Source: a virus | Taxonomy: Duplodnaviria > Caudoviricetes | IMG/VR virus record: IMGVR_UViG_3300043775_000410 | Span: 1 to 64,000 of that record | Length of the DNA stretch: 64,000 bases | Strand: one strand, 5' to 3' | In this document: positions 45,978 to 56,489 of the stretch, in pieces | How the letters are laid out: each line of letters begins with the position of its first letter | Numbering within the stretch: the stretch's first letter is position 1 | Translations under genes and position numbers: made by a program | The notes under the pieces: model-generated | What the model was told of the DNA's origin: nothing | The model's database searches: none | Seen by the model: only the letters and a program-made list of their open reading frames with translations

Positions 45978-47072
45978 TTATCTTGCCCTTTTAAGTTCTA
46001 ATATCTGTTGATCCTGATAATCAGAATCTGACCAATCATATTCATACGTAGCAGATGCCAGACTAGTTCTTAGATTGTATACATTTAGGTGAGAACCTAG
46101 CTGTGGCCATATCACGTCGTGGTCTTCTGAGCCAAACGTTCTTTGTAAATCAACCTGTCCCACTTGTGGGTGACCTATAGTTAATGATTTATCGTTAGGA
46201 TCAAATCCATTGTCTATTAACCATTGAGTAAAATCTGCTAATTCTTTTTTCATCCAATCATACTGACCCGGACTAATTGCCCATTCAATATCAAAGTCAC
46301 CTGCCGCTTCTGTTTGTGAACGCATTGCTGATGTAGTTAATTCATCAATCCTATGGCCTGCACCGCCTTCATCACGAAAGACTTCATAATGATGTTTGCC
46401 AATGGCTTTATTAACTCCTACAAATACGCCGCCTGCCGGACGATTTAAACTTTCAATTCCAAATAATTCAAAATCGTCTGCGTCTAATACAAAGCGTGGA
46501 GCATTTAACCAACACATCAATTGACTAGGTCGGCGCCATTGCGGAGCATGCACGGCTTTACGCATGCTTAGTACCAGAGATTCATATTCATGACATAATA
46601 AATTTAACTGGCGGATATGCCATTTTGTACTGTCATCGGCCTGGTTGTAATAGCCCGACATGTGACCGCTTACTCCCTGCAGATCTTCGAAATATCTATG
46701 TAGTTGATTTAGTTTATCGTGTACTAGTTTTCCGCCTTCGAGGAATTCGCCAATCTCCCCCGGCACTATGGTATTAGCCACTGTGAAATGATCGTTGATA
46801 TGATAGCCAAGGTTGGCCTGATTAATTGCTGCAATTGATTGATTGATTTGATCAGTTATATATTCTGCATTACGTCCGGACTCGACGAATCCATGAAAAC
46901 AAAAATTCTTCTCAAGGTGATAGTTATTTGCTATTAGATTGTTTAGTGCTGTTAGCCATTTGCGGCTAAGAGAGCTGTCATATACATCAATGTATACAGT
47001 TAACAGTTCATCGGTTTTATTGTTTTTTAAATCAATTTCAAGTTGATCAAGCAATGTTTTGGTACCATTCAT
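45978..47072 (-). CDS. Hypothetical protein in the modification cluster
   Basis: 364 aa; LNQLHRYFE, LNLLCHEYE and IGKH. Confidence 0.75.
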   Translation of the reverse strand: MNGTKTLLDQLEIDLKNNKTDELLTVYIDVYDSSLSRKWLTALNNLIANNYHLEKNFCFHGFVESGRNAEYITDQINQSIAAINQANLGYHINDHFTVANTIVPGEIGEFLEGGKLVHDKLNQLHRYFEDLQGVSGHMSGYYNQADDSTKWHIRQLNLLCHEYESLVLSMRKAVHAPQWRRPSQLMCWLNAPRFVLDADDFELFGIESLNRPAGGVFVGVNKAIGKHHYEVFRDEGGAGHRIDELTTSAMRSQTEAAGDFDIEWAISPGQYDWMKKELADFTQWLIDNGFDPNDKSLTIGHPQVGQVDLQRTFGSEDHDVIWPQLGSHLNVYNLRTSLASATYEYDWSDSDYQDQQILELKRAR

Positions 47073-48336
47073 ATACAGCCGGTCTCTCTTTTAATATGTC
47101 TGCTAGTGTAAGTGTATCATTACGTATACTTTCTAGTCGTAGCACACGAGCCTTGCCCTCTGCAAGACTTACTTTGTATATATCGGGCCATTGCTCGTCA
47201 AACGTTGGTCGTGATTTTAACTGCACAAGTATATCCTGCATTGCTCCAGAAGTTTGTGGGATTAGCTCATCTAACCATGGATGTAATAACTCGCGTGGGA
47301 GTGCAAGTGGACTAAGGATAATATCAGGGCTAAAGCTAAAAACAACCTTAGCCAAGATATCTACGTTTTCTTTTTCAGCAAGCTGGGTAATGTTTGTGAC
47401 TTCAAACATGCCGGGCAGTGTGAGAGTGAAGTCAATTCGCATTTGGCGTCTGTGACTTGCAATTCTAACTCCTTCACGGAAGTTTGTAAGCCATGAATTA
47501 TAGTCAAGTCCTGTTCTAATATATTCTCCAATTTCTTGCGTACCATCAAGACTTGCACATATCTGCCAATCACGTAGCCTGCTAAGAATATCACTATACA
47601 GATTGGTCCCACGGTAAGTGACACGGCTGAGGTTTGTGTTGTAACGAGCATAGACATTTTTACCATCTCCTAATTCAACAATGCGTCGCATATAACGCCA
47701 ATGTTGTTCATACATTAGTGGCTCTCCGCCTACCCAATATACTTCTTCTACTTGATGGTTCTCGACTGCATCTGCGAACTCACGTTCTATCTGAGTATCT
47801 TGGAACTGTTCAATTTGTTTTTTGACTTCAGGGCGCATCCAATTATTCTTTGGATTATCCCAATTGATCATGTTGTGGTGTCTTTGTTCAGTTTCCCATG
47901 CGCTAGACAACATATCACCGCACATACGACACTTGAAGTTGCATAAGTTACTAAATCGATAATCCCAACTCACCGGACGAAGTGTAGTAGTTCCGTCCGG
48001 TTGGGTATTCTCTACTATACTATCATATTTATGAGCAAACATCTGATCAAAATAACTACGGTAAACTGATGTGTTCAATAACTTGTCATTACACACTTCA
48101 CACTCGGGCAATATTTCACCTGCCATCATACGGCGACGCACTGACTTCATGTGGTCACTGTTCCAGTGTTCTTCTAATGTAATAGGAATGTACTTGCCTG
48201 TACCGGCACTAGTATCAATATACTGCTCAAAGTTCTGCGCTGGCTCGCGTGAGGCACAGCACATCCTGCGTTCAGTTTGTGGTGAAAGGTATGTGTGTAC
48301 CCAAGGTGCCAAACAAAGCGTTTGCGGTTTATCCAT
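47047..48336 (-). CDS. Radical SAM protein with N-terminal SPASM/Twitch domain
   Basis: CLAPW...MCC...CEVC; CNFKCRMC; GGEP; YNTN. Confidence 0.9.
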   Translation of the reverse strand: MDKPQTLCLAPWVHTYLSPQTERRMCCASREPAQNFEQYIDTSAGTGKYIPITLEEHWNSDHMKSVRRRMMAGEILPECEVCNDKLLNTSVYRSYFDQMFAHKYDSIVENTQPDGTTTLRPVSWDYRFSNLCNFKCRMCGDMLSSAWETEQRHHNMINWDNPKNNWMRPEVKKQIEQFQDTQIEREFADAVENHQVEEVYWVGGEPLMYEQHWRYMRRIVELGDGKNVYARYNTNLSRVTYRGTNLYSDILSRLRDWQICASLDGTQEIGEYIRTGLDYNSWLTNFREGVRIASHRRQMRIDFTLTLPGMFEVTNITQLAEKENVDILAKVVFSFSPDIILSPLALPRELLHPWLDELIPQTSGAMQDILVQLKSRPTFDEQWPDIYKVSLAEGKARVLRLESIRNDTLTLADILKERPAVYEWYQNIA

Positions 48337-49414
48337 TCAAATCCCAGTCTGGAAATATTTCTGCAAATTTCAGTTTTGATGTTATGTCTTCTAGTTTAAT
48401 TTTGTCAGCTAACTTAGACAGCAACGATTGATCATATTCTGTAGAATTAATAATATTAATCATTTGTTGTTTTAAGGGATGATCAGTTGCCTGACTAATC
48501 CAAGTAGTTCGTTGTTCGTTGTTTAACACAGCAAGTGATAAACAAGGAATATTTCCAACATGAGTTAAAATTATTGTAGGTTTTTTGTCCAATAGATGAG
48601 CTGGCAAATTAGAAAACCACGTGATAAATTCATTAAAACCCCATATACTAATTGCCGTAACAACATAATTTATTACAATATTGTTTGATACGGTCATCCA
48701 CTGTTCGGCTATATGTTTTACATTATTCCATTTAATGGGTCTTCTTTGATATTCAAAGTACGATCCGCCACCATCAATGCTTAGGGTAATTGACACTATA
48801 TCAAATAATTTTAATTTATCTAATAACAATGGATCTAACTTACTTGCATTGGTAACTAGACTAATAGAAATATTTTTTGATATTCCTTTATTAATATAAT
48901 AGTCTAAAATTTTGTAAGTAGACGGATGTATAGTTGGCTCGCCACCTATCAGAGTAAGTGTCTTAATATTTAGATACGGCAATTCGTCAATATTTTCGTT
49001 GGCACGCCGAATAGTATGAATTGTGTGTTGCTTAGTGTCATGCTTTCTCAACCAATTATTTCGCTTACTACTAGCCCAGCCACTGCATATAATACATTCA
49101 GCATTACAATAATTACCTATATTAATTGATACTTGAGTTACCTCATCTACCGATGTTACATCCTCGCTGAATGACGATTTGTTGCCTATGGCTGCAATAA
49201 AATCAGATCTCGCGCTGTGCAATTGATTTTTTTCATTGTTCCAGCAACGATTACAACAAGGACTTTGTTGATCATTTAAAAATGCCTGTTTAAGTTTTGA
49301 TATGTCTGCTTCGCTTCTAATCCGTTGTGAGTCACAGCAAGGAGAAACTTCCTCAAGCGGATTAATATATCGATTTGTCCATGGTGCTGGACAAAAATTA
49401 TTAGTTGACATCAT
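48329..49414 (-). CDS. Radical SAM protein with N-terminal SPASM/Twitch domain
   Basis: CPAPW...PCC...CNRCW; CNAECIIC; GGEP; LSIDG. Confidence 0.88.
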   Translation of the reverse strand: MMSTNNFCPAPWTNRYINPLEEVSPCCDSQRIRSEADISKLKQAFLNDQQSPCCNRCWNNEKNQLHSARSDFIAAIGNKSSFSEDVTSVDEVTQVSINIGNYCNAECIICSGWASSKRNNWLRKHDTKQHTIHTIRRANENIDELPYLNIKTLTLIGGEPTIHPSTYKILDYYINKGISKNISISLVTNASKLDPLLLDKLKLFDIVSITLSIDGGGSYFEYQRRPIKWNNVKHIAEQWMTVSNNIVINYVVTAISIWGFNEFITWFSNLPAHLLDKKPTIILTHVGNIPCLSLAVLNNEQRTTWISQATDHPLKQQMINIINSTEYDQSLLSKLADKIKLEDITSKLKFAEIFPDWDLNG

Positions 49415-51914
49415 TATATCCCATGGCTAGTGCAATTTCTCTATGCGTGGTTAACATACTCTGCTCACGATAAGCATCTGTCTGTTGCATCTTACGTAGG
49501 AATTCTATACCATCACTGCCTTGGCCATTTTCAATAAACTGAATTATCTTATCAATTTCAACACGATGCTTAACAGCAAATGGATAAGCAGTTAATCGAT
49601 CTATAACTAATCGTTGAGCAGCAGGTGTCATTCGATTAATACACATAACATTTGGATCATGTAACATATTAAAATACACATAATCAAATGTTTGAGTATC
49701 AGCCCATTGACAAAATTCAGGCAAGTAATAAACATTCTGTATATTAACAGTAATGCATACTTGAGTATCTAATTTATCACTGCGCAGACTATTAAATTTA
49801 ATAATATTATCCTGCACTTCTTGCCAATCAGCGCCGTAACGTTCGTATTCAAATCGTGCTTCGGTATTATCTACACTAACTGCGATCTCAACATCCTTAA
49901 ACTTACTCCACATCTCAACAACATCGTCGCCCGGATATACTGTTCCGTTAGTATTATAGTGAATATCAATACGATCACTGTAGCCTTGCTCAACTGCATA
50001 TCGTAGCAATTCAAAATGCTGTTCAATTAAAAACGGCTCACCACCAGTAAACTCAAAATATTTAATATTAGGCAACAATTCTTTAAGATTCGTCCAAAAG
50101 TCTGGGCTGTTTCTTGGCCAACTTCCTTCTTGTAAAAACATCCATGCACCGTGTTCTTTTCGATCGAAGTCCGGATCAGCATTGGCTAGATAGTCAATTT
50201 CTTCTTTGGCCCATTTGCTACTTGACCAACTGCCGCATATACGACATTTAAGATTGCAGATGTTACCTAGTTTAAGATCAATGAACCACAGTTGGTCGGG
50301 TGTATCATTACGCCAGTCTACCAAAGGATAAAATTCTTTTAATCTAATTCTACTATTGATACGCTTACTTTGTCTACCAGCATCTTCTTCATCCCAGCAA
50401 CGTTGACAGGTTGCAGGTTTTTCACCTTTACGAAATTGTTGTCGCAGATCCTGCATGTATTCGCTATTGTAAATTTCTACAATAGTACTTTCAGTTAGTT
50501 TATATGGTGTGCCATCACTCTTAGTAATTTCGTCTTTGGCCAAACAACACGGACGAGCTGTACCTACCGGACTTGCTTCTATACTAACCCAAGGTAACAT
50601 ACAGATATTTTCGTGTGTGGTATTGATACCCACAGCAGCACGTAACTCGCTGTATTCTGGGAATACTGCTTCAAACTCTTCTTTACGATAGTCATCAAGT
50701 TGATCTGCTACCTTAAAGAATTCACCTAGTAAGTGGCTTTTATCATCCTGATACATAAATGTTATGATAGCCTTGTATCCACTGACTGCACGATCAAGTT
50801 TATCTAACGGTTCTAGCCAAGCTATGTGTTCTTCGACTTTTTGTCGTATGCGATCTTTATACATAATAGGCAATGCATCCAGACGATTTCTTTCAGGACT
50901 TTGTAGGATATTAATGTTCCAATCCATTGGTCTGATTAAGCCAAGCTCAACCCACTCACGATGAAAATCCATTACGTGCCATGCATTAAAGATACTTACA
51001 GTACTACTGATATAAAAGTCTACTTTAGGGCAAATTTCTATCATCTTCCGACGATTATCAACAATTTCATCCCACACTGTGCCCTTACGTATATACTCGC
51101 CGCGAGCATAACTATCGTCTAAACTTGCGCCCACACTTACTACATCAAATAATTTCCAATACTCAAATACCATCTTATCTTTAAGACGTATGTGGCTAAA
51201 GTTTGTATTGTAGATCAGTCTAACATGAAACATTTTTCGCTTGACTAGTTCTTCTAAGATGCGATAATGTTCTTCCATAATCAACGGTTCGCCACCAGCA
51301 AAGTAAATCTGCTCTAGGTAAGGAATATGCTCCTGCATTTGTTCCCACATGTCTTCTTTATCACGTCCAGCAAACATAAATTGCGGATGATTGCGTTTGC
51401 CAAATATCTCAGTTTCTTCTTTATACCAACTGCTGCTAAACCAACTACCACAGGTGCGGCAACTGAAGTTACATAGATTAGTAAAACGTATATCGTAGTA
51501 GCGTAATTTAAAATCTTCAAACGTACCGTCTTCTAAAGTTTGATCTACCAGCGCAATATGCTGTCCAAAATTCTTGTTAGCACTGTTACGCATACTAAAG
51601 AAGCCATTTTCTTCTTGTTCGTAACAACGTGCGCACTCTTTACTAGGCTTATCTTCGATCATATTAACACGCATTTGTCGATATGGTACACTGTTCCATA
51701 TTTCTTTCATGGTATTTTCTCTTAGATTACCAATAGGCAAATGCATTTCGCCTAGACAGCAAGGATATGCTCGACCATCAGGAATTCCATGCATATGAAT
51801 CCACGGAATCATACAAAAATTATCACTGTCAATTAGTTTATATTTTTGCGGATCTGATAATGATTCTAACGGTATGTATTCAGGTTTTCGTGCATTGTAA
51901 TTTTTATCGCTCAT
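49401..51914 (-). CDS. Tandem double SPASM/Twitch-radical SAM protein
   Basis: Two full units: CMIPW..PCC..CARC / CNFSCRTC / GGEP, and CMLPW..PCC..CQRC / CNLKCRIC / GGEP. Confidence 0.92.
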   Translation of the reverse strand: MSDKNYNARKPEYIPLESLSDPQKYKLIDSDNFCMIPWIHMHGIPDGRAYPCCLGEMHLPIGNLRENTMKEIWNSVPYRQMRVNMIEDKPSKECARCYEQEENGFFSMRNSANKNFGQHIALVDQTLEDGTFEDFKLRYYDIRFTNLCNFSCRTCGSWFSSSWYKEETEIFGKRNHPQFMFAGRDKEDMWEQMQEHIPYLEQIYFAGGEPLIMEEHYRILEELVKRKMFHVRLIYNTNFSHIRLKDKMVFEYWKLFDVVSVGASLDDSYARGEYIRKGTVWDEIVDNRRKMIEICPKVDFYISSTVSIFNAWHVMDFHREWVELGLIRPMDWNINILQSPERNRLDALPIMYKDRIRQKVEEHIAWLEPLDKLDRAVSGYKAIITFMYQDDKSHLLGEFFKVADQLDDYRKEEFEAVFPEYSELRAAVGINTTHENICMLPWVSIEASPVGTARPCCLAKDEITKSDGTPYKLTESTIVEIYNSEYMQDLRQQFRKGEKPATCQRCWDEEDAGRQSKRINSRIRLKEFYPLVDWRNDTPDQLWFIDLKLGNICNLKCRICGSWSSSKWAKEEIDYLANADPDFDRKEHGAWMFLQEGSWPRNSPDFWTNLKELLPNIKYFEFTGGEPFLIEQHFELLRYAVEQGYSDRIDIHYNTNGTVYPGDDVVEMWSKFKDVEIAVSVDNTEARFEYERYGADWQEVQDNIIKFNSLRSDKLDTQVCITVNIQNVYYLPEFCQWADTQTFDYVYFNMLHDPNVMCINRMTPAAQRLVIDRLTAYPFAVKHRVEIDKIIQFIENGQGSDGIEFLRKMQQTDAYREQSMLTTHREIALAMGYNDVN

Positions 51915-53287
51915 AGTGTTTCGTACCAGTCCGCTAATTGTGTAAATGTGTATTTAAAGTCTAGACCACGACGCTGGTCGTATTGCTGATAAAAGTTTTT
52001 AAAGTCACGTTGTAATACTTCACGTGATAGTGCTCCACTATGTGGACTGTTCACAGTCTGTAAGTACTCAATCAATCTAGCCAATTGATTATATTCAGAT
52101 TCGTGTAGTTCACTGTGTGCTGCTTCGCCAAATTGTTGTAGGTCTTCGGCCATTTGTTCACGTATCTCAATAGGCAAGATCAACGGACTTTGGAAACTAG
52201 GGAATCGTAAGATGTTTAGACTAAAGTTAATTGCATCCTTGCCATAAGTGCCTTTAAGTTTTACTATCATCCATAACAAATCAGTAAGGCTTAGTAAGCA
52301 TAGAGCATTGATGGTACACATAACATGTAGGCCTCGCAATTTCTTGCTATCCAATAGATACTGTACATTGCTAACCCATTGATCCCAATCCAAGCCATCA
52401 CGTATATACATTGCATGACGGCCCCACGATTCATTGCTAGTGTACAAATCCAATTCGATACCTTGTGTAGCATCTAATAACCTCTCTAATTTATCTTTCT
52501 CAAATCCTAAATTACTATTGATGGCAAGACGTGTAGTACTTTGTCCTTTATTCTTTTGAAACCATTCTATTAGACGCCAGGTGTATCCTGACATTAAAGG
52601 TTCGCCACCTGTGATGCGCAGTTCTTTTAACGTCTTGTGTAGGTCTGTTTCCCACCATTTGAAGAACGCTTCGACATAAGGATTAACTTCATCGAGCTTA
52701 AACAATTGATTGCTATCATGAGTATGAGTAAAGTGGTTACGTCCATCCGACACCAAATCGGTGTAGGCACCGTTATTCCGAATGTCTTTAACCCAAGTAG
52801 TGCTAAATGCAGGGTTACAGTAGCTACAAGCAAACTGACAAGTGCGGTCAAAGGCGATTTCCAAAGTCCGGAGGTTAACATCTTGATCCGAAGGTAAATT
52901 GTATGCATAGTTTAAATCCTCATCGTTATAAATTACAGTTTTGTACACCCGATCACTAATAGGAGTTGGTACATCAACCCCATCATACTTAGGATCTTTA
53001 TACATGTCTTCAATCTTCCAGCAGTATTCGCATCCGCTAGGACGATCACCTACCTGCATCTGTTTACGCTCTAATTTCTTTTGCGGAGTGTTATGGATAG
53101 CACTAGGATTAGTTTTAATTGCTTCTAGGTCAATAGCATGCGGCAATGGGTGATGACAGCTAGTAGTCTGTCCCGACCCTAACCATATAGTAGCGTTATA
53201 CCATTTAGCCGCGCAGAATGATTCTGACTTAATGTCAATTACTCTACGCTTATATTCTAAATCTGTTTCGTTAGCTATTTTCGGCAT
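51911..53287 (-). CDS. Radical SAM protein with N-terminal SPASM/Twitch domain
   Basis: CAAKW...SCHHP...CEYCW; CQFACSYC; TGGEP. Confidence 0.9.
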   Translation of the reverse strand: MPKIANETDLEYKRRVIDIKSESFCAAKWYNATIWLGSGQTTSCHHPLPHAIDLEAIKTNPSAIHNTPQKKLERKQMQVGDRPSGCEYCWKIEDMYKDPKYDGVDVPTPISDRVYKTVIYNDEDLNYAYNLPSDQDVNLRTLEIAFDRTCQFACSYCNPAFSTTWVKDIRNNGAYTDLVSDGRNHFTHTHDSNQLFKLDEVNPYVEAFFKWWETDLHKTLKELRITGGEPLMSGYTWRLIEWFQKNKGQSTTRLAINSNLGFEKDKLERLLDATQGIELDLYTSNESWGRHAMYIRDGLDWDQWVSNVQYLLDSKKLRGLHVMCTINALCLLSLTDLLWMIVKLKGTYGKDAINFSLNILRFPSFQSPLILPIEIREQMAEDLQQFGEAAHSELHESEYNQLARLIEYLQTVNSPHSGALSREVLQRDFKNFYQQYDQRRGLDFKYTFTQLADWYETL

Positions 53288-54665
53288 GGTATTTGCACTC
53301 CTGCCAAAACTCTTTCATTTGTGGGAACGTTTCCAAAAATATTAATCCCCTGCGTTTGTCGTATTCATTGAAGAACTTATAAAAGTCTGCTCTTTGTATT
53401 GTAACATAGTCTGCGGCAAGTTCGCAACCTTGTTTCATCCATTCAACATTACGTTCCATACGTTGTATTTCATAATCTTTAAAGCCTTCGAAGTTATCAG
53501 CTGTTTCGTCTGCTTGATTTGCTCGCATAAAGGTAACAACATCTTCCAATATGTGGACATAGCTTGCTGGTAGTATTTGTAAACTTTGATATGTTGGACT
53601 GCGTAACAAGGGTGTATCAAACCATACACGTTGATAGGTTGAACTGTATTTTTTACGCATCTCTAATATTGATTCAAGTAATTGCTTTAGTCCCAGTATG
53701 TTTAAATTATTCATTGTGATAATAAACGTTAGACTATTGCGATAAGGAATGTCAGTTAGAAATTGATGCGCATAAGACATGCATCTAAAATAATGTAGTC
53801 CGTCGCGAATATATTCTGCATGCTCGCTGTTACCTGTGTCTAGGCTAACATACTGCATAAAGTGTTCAATGCGTTCACCTTCACATAGTTGCTTAACTTT
53901 ATCTATGTATTTCTTAAACAGGTTACTATCTACACTAAAGTTACTAGTTACATCAACATGTAAATCACTCTTAGGCAGGGCAAGTATGTAGTCAAACACA
54001 CGATGTGTATTCTTATCCATTAACGGCTCGCCACCAGTCATACGGAAGTGTTTTAAACTGCCGTATAAGTCCGGCCACCAACGCCAAAATGCTTCTACAT
54101 AGGGATTTTCCGCACGTACAGGAATTGGCTTACGTCTGCCTTCAAAGTGTTCAGGCGCATTGTGCGGTACACTAGTTGGATAAGCACCCCAACGATCAAT
54201 GTCTTTGCCCCATTCTGTTGAGTACTGTGGACTGCAATAGCTACAGGCTAGATTACAGCCGTGACTAAAGTTTACTTCTACGTAACTTGGTACAACGTCT
54301 TGGTCCCACGGTGCATTTACTATAGTTTCGTAGTGTTCAGCTGCCCATGGCTCACCACTACGATAGTGTCTATCGCTTAATTGTTTGTTATCTTCTGCTG
54401 ACCAACAATAACTACATTCACTAGGACGTTGCTGTTCTAACATCAGCTTACGCTGTTGTTTTTTATGTGCTGTGTTATGTAGTGCGCCAGGATTGAACAG
54501 CAACGGCGCACTATCAATTTCGTGCAATGGTGGATGATAGCAACTGTTGGTTAGCCCAGTTGGCAAGTGTAGACTTACCTGTTGCCATTTAGCCAAGCAG
54601 AGTGCAGGACCTAATTTGTCCTTCATTTCTTCTGCTGTTGACATAAAGTCGCTTTTAGTTTTCAT
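53271..54665 (-). CDS. Radical SAM protein with N-terminal SPASM/Twitch domain
   Basis: CLAKW...SCYHP...CSYCW; CNLACSYC; TGGEP. Confidence 0.9.
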   Translation of the reverse strand: MKTKSDFMSTAEEMKDKLGPALCLAKWQQVSLHLPTGLTNSCYHPPLHEIDSAPLLFNPGALHNTAHKKQQRKLMLEQQRPSECSYCWSAEDNKQLSDRHYRSGEPWAAEHYETIVNAPWDQDVVPSYVEVNFSHGCNLACSYCSPQYSTEWGKDIDRWGAYPTSVPHNAPEHFEGRRKPIPVRAENPYVEAFWRWWPDLYGSLKHFRMTGGEPLMDKNTHRVFDYILALPKSDLHVDVTSNFSVDSNLFKKYIDKVKQLCEGERIEHFMQYVSLDTGNSEHAEYIRDGLHYFRCMSYAHQFLTDIPYRNSLTFIITMNNLNILGLKQLLESILEMRKKYSSTYQRVWFDTPLLRSPTYQSLQILPASYVHILEDVVTFMRANQADETADNFEGFKDYEIQRMERNVEWMKQGCELAADYVTIQRADFYKFFNEYDKRRGLIFLETFPQMKEFWQECKYHAENS

Positions 54666-55620
54666 AATGCGGAATGATTCTTGTAACCTGTTTGTTATAT
54701 TGTTGAGCTATTAATAACTGACGATTATATTCTATAGTGTGTTGCATTTTAATATTTAACTCTACCAACTCTGCTGTTGATAATTTTGCTAAACGATCAA
54801 TTAATTCTAAGATAGCAAGGTATCGTGCTTTACCATCTGCGTTATCATATAGCTCGGGCCAATATTCATCAAACGTTTTAAATCCTATTTGTTTTAAATA
54901 GCCAAGATAAAATTTAGATGCCATAACAATAAAAGGTTTTCTACATAATATTGCACGTGCAATCTTTTCAGTAGGATAAAATGTATTACCTAAAGTCGTA
55001 GCTTCAACTACAATATCTACAAAAATATTTTTGTATAGATTATTAAGATCACTATTGTAATCATAACTACCAGTGGTGTACTCGTATGCAGGTATAGGTT
55101 GAAAATATTGTTCTTTATTTTGTACTAACTGATCTAATTTAGCTGCGCCAGTTGTATCCCAGGCAAATAGTTTTTGTATATCAACTAACTTGCGTGTGTC
55201 TTCACTGTCTGTGTTAAATCTTAATTGTAATAAACTTTTGTCATTATAATGTTGCGCTAAATGGCCTGCAATGCCAACCCGAGGTGCACTAGGTCTTCCG
55301 TAAAAACATCCAAATATTTTTGTTTGATTCCACGTATAGTCATTCGATGTTTTAAATTTTCTAGATTGTTTTAACCAATATGCCCAATTAATAACAATTC
55401 TATATCTATCGTGGCATTCAACAGCATTGGCAGTTACAATAGTAACTGAAGTAAATGTAAATAAATCGAGTATTGCATACACTCCACAAAATTGCAAGCA
55501 ATGTGATTCTTGATTTACAATTAACTTAATATCTGTATGTTCGTGATCACGGCAGAATTTAATAAATGGAGTAATATTGTGCAGCTGATCATTTTCTAAT
55601 TGTAGTGTATACGTATTCAT
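54655..55620 (-). CDS. Putative glycosyltransferase-like protein
   Basis: VDIVVEAT...FYPTEKIARAILCRKPFI...GFKTF resembles the donor-binding TEK motif of GT-B/GT10-like enzymes; likely ATG 55620. Confidence 0.55.
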   Translation of the reverse strand: MNTYTLQLENDQLHNITPFIKFCRDHEHTDIKLIVNQESHCLQFCGVYAILDLFTFTSVTIVTANAVECHDRYRIVINWAYWLKQSRKFKTSNDYTWNQTKIFGCFYGRPSAPRVGIAGHLAQHYNDKSLLQLRFNTDSEDTRKLVDIQKLFAWDTTGAAKLDQLVQNKEQYFQPIPAYEYTTGSYDYNSDLNNLYKNIFVDIVVEATTLGNTFYPTEKIARAILCRKPFIVMASKFYLGYLKQIGFKTFDEYWPELYDNADGKARYLAILELIDRLAKLSTAELVELNIKMQHTIEYNRQLLIAQQYNKQVTRIIPHYEN

Positions 55621-56489
55621 TGCAGTTGCTCTAATAGATAATCGGCCCATACTCGATGACCTTCAGCAAGTGGATGATTAATTCCTCTAAAATAACAGGA
55701 GTCTGATACTAATTGTTTTCGTGTCATTGCCAAATCGGTTAGGCTACACATCCATTGCAATAATAAGGTTCGATCTATATCTGGTTTAAATCCAGTAATG
55801 ATTCCGGGCAGTTTTTCCAATACCCAATGCGACATAATATAACATTGACCGAGATATTCCTGATTAATTATTTGTTCGCTGTATACTTGTAACCAACTTT
55901 TAGGTAAGATTGTTATAGCTGGATTCATGCCAATAGGATCAACAAAGTTAGTACCCACTATTACTTTAACGTGTTGATATTTTGCAGCTAATTCAACTAT
56001 TGAATCCTGTTGTAGTCCATTATGATATTTTATAATAGAATCAAACTTATCAACTGAATCAAATGTTTGGTTACTGAACCACGTGACATAATCGTTGTGT
56101 TTGTCAAACGGTCCATCAAATGTTCGACATGCTTCAGTAAATGTGCATATGATTATAATATTAGTATAATCTAATTGCGGAATAAGTGTGTCTAATTCTG
56201 TTATTTTATTAATTATATATAAATTACAAGTACCACTCTGCCCTAGGCTTAAGAAGTCAGCACCTAATTTAGTTGCAACGATGTTTCCATACATCTTGTC
56301 TAATCTTTCCTGAGACATTGCATAATCATCTAGGCAAATATCGGCACCAAATGTCCAGCTATCACCGATGGTAACCACTAATGTATTTGAATTTCGATCA
56401 ATGAAATTATATGGATAAACAGGATAAGTTCGCCAAACTTCTGGGATATAAGAAAAATAATTATTTAAATTATCATTGCTTAACTTCAT
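55617..56489 (-). CDS. SGNH/GDSL-like protein
   Basis: IGDSWTFG, SGTCN and INHPLAEGH. Confidence 0.7.
   Translation of the reverse strand: MKLSNDNLNNYFSYIPEVWRTYPVYPYNFIDRNSNTLVVTIGDSWTFGADICLDDYAMSQERLDKMYGNIVATKLGADFLSLGQSGTCNLYIINKITELDTLIPQLDYTNIIIICTFTEACRTFDGPFDKHNDYVTWFSNQTFDSVDKFDSIIKYHNGLQQDSIVELAAKYQHVKVIVGTNFVDPIGMNPAITILPKSWLQVYSEQIINQEYLGQCYIMSHWVLEKLPGIITGFKPDIDRTLLLQWMCSLTDLAMTRKQLVSDSCYFRGINHPLAEGHRVWADYLLEQLQ

Noticed and set aside
45079-54665. RiPP cluster with the 33-aa peptide as radical SAM substrate
   Set aside because: No RRE/PqqD-like domains, transporter or leader/core pattern are visible, and the context is glycosyltransferases. Not excluded, but less supported than the shuttle model.
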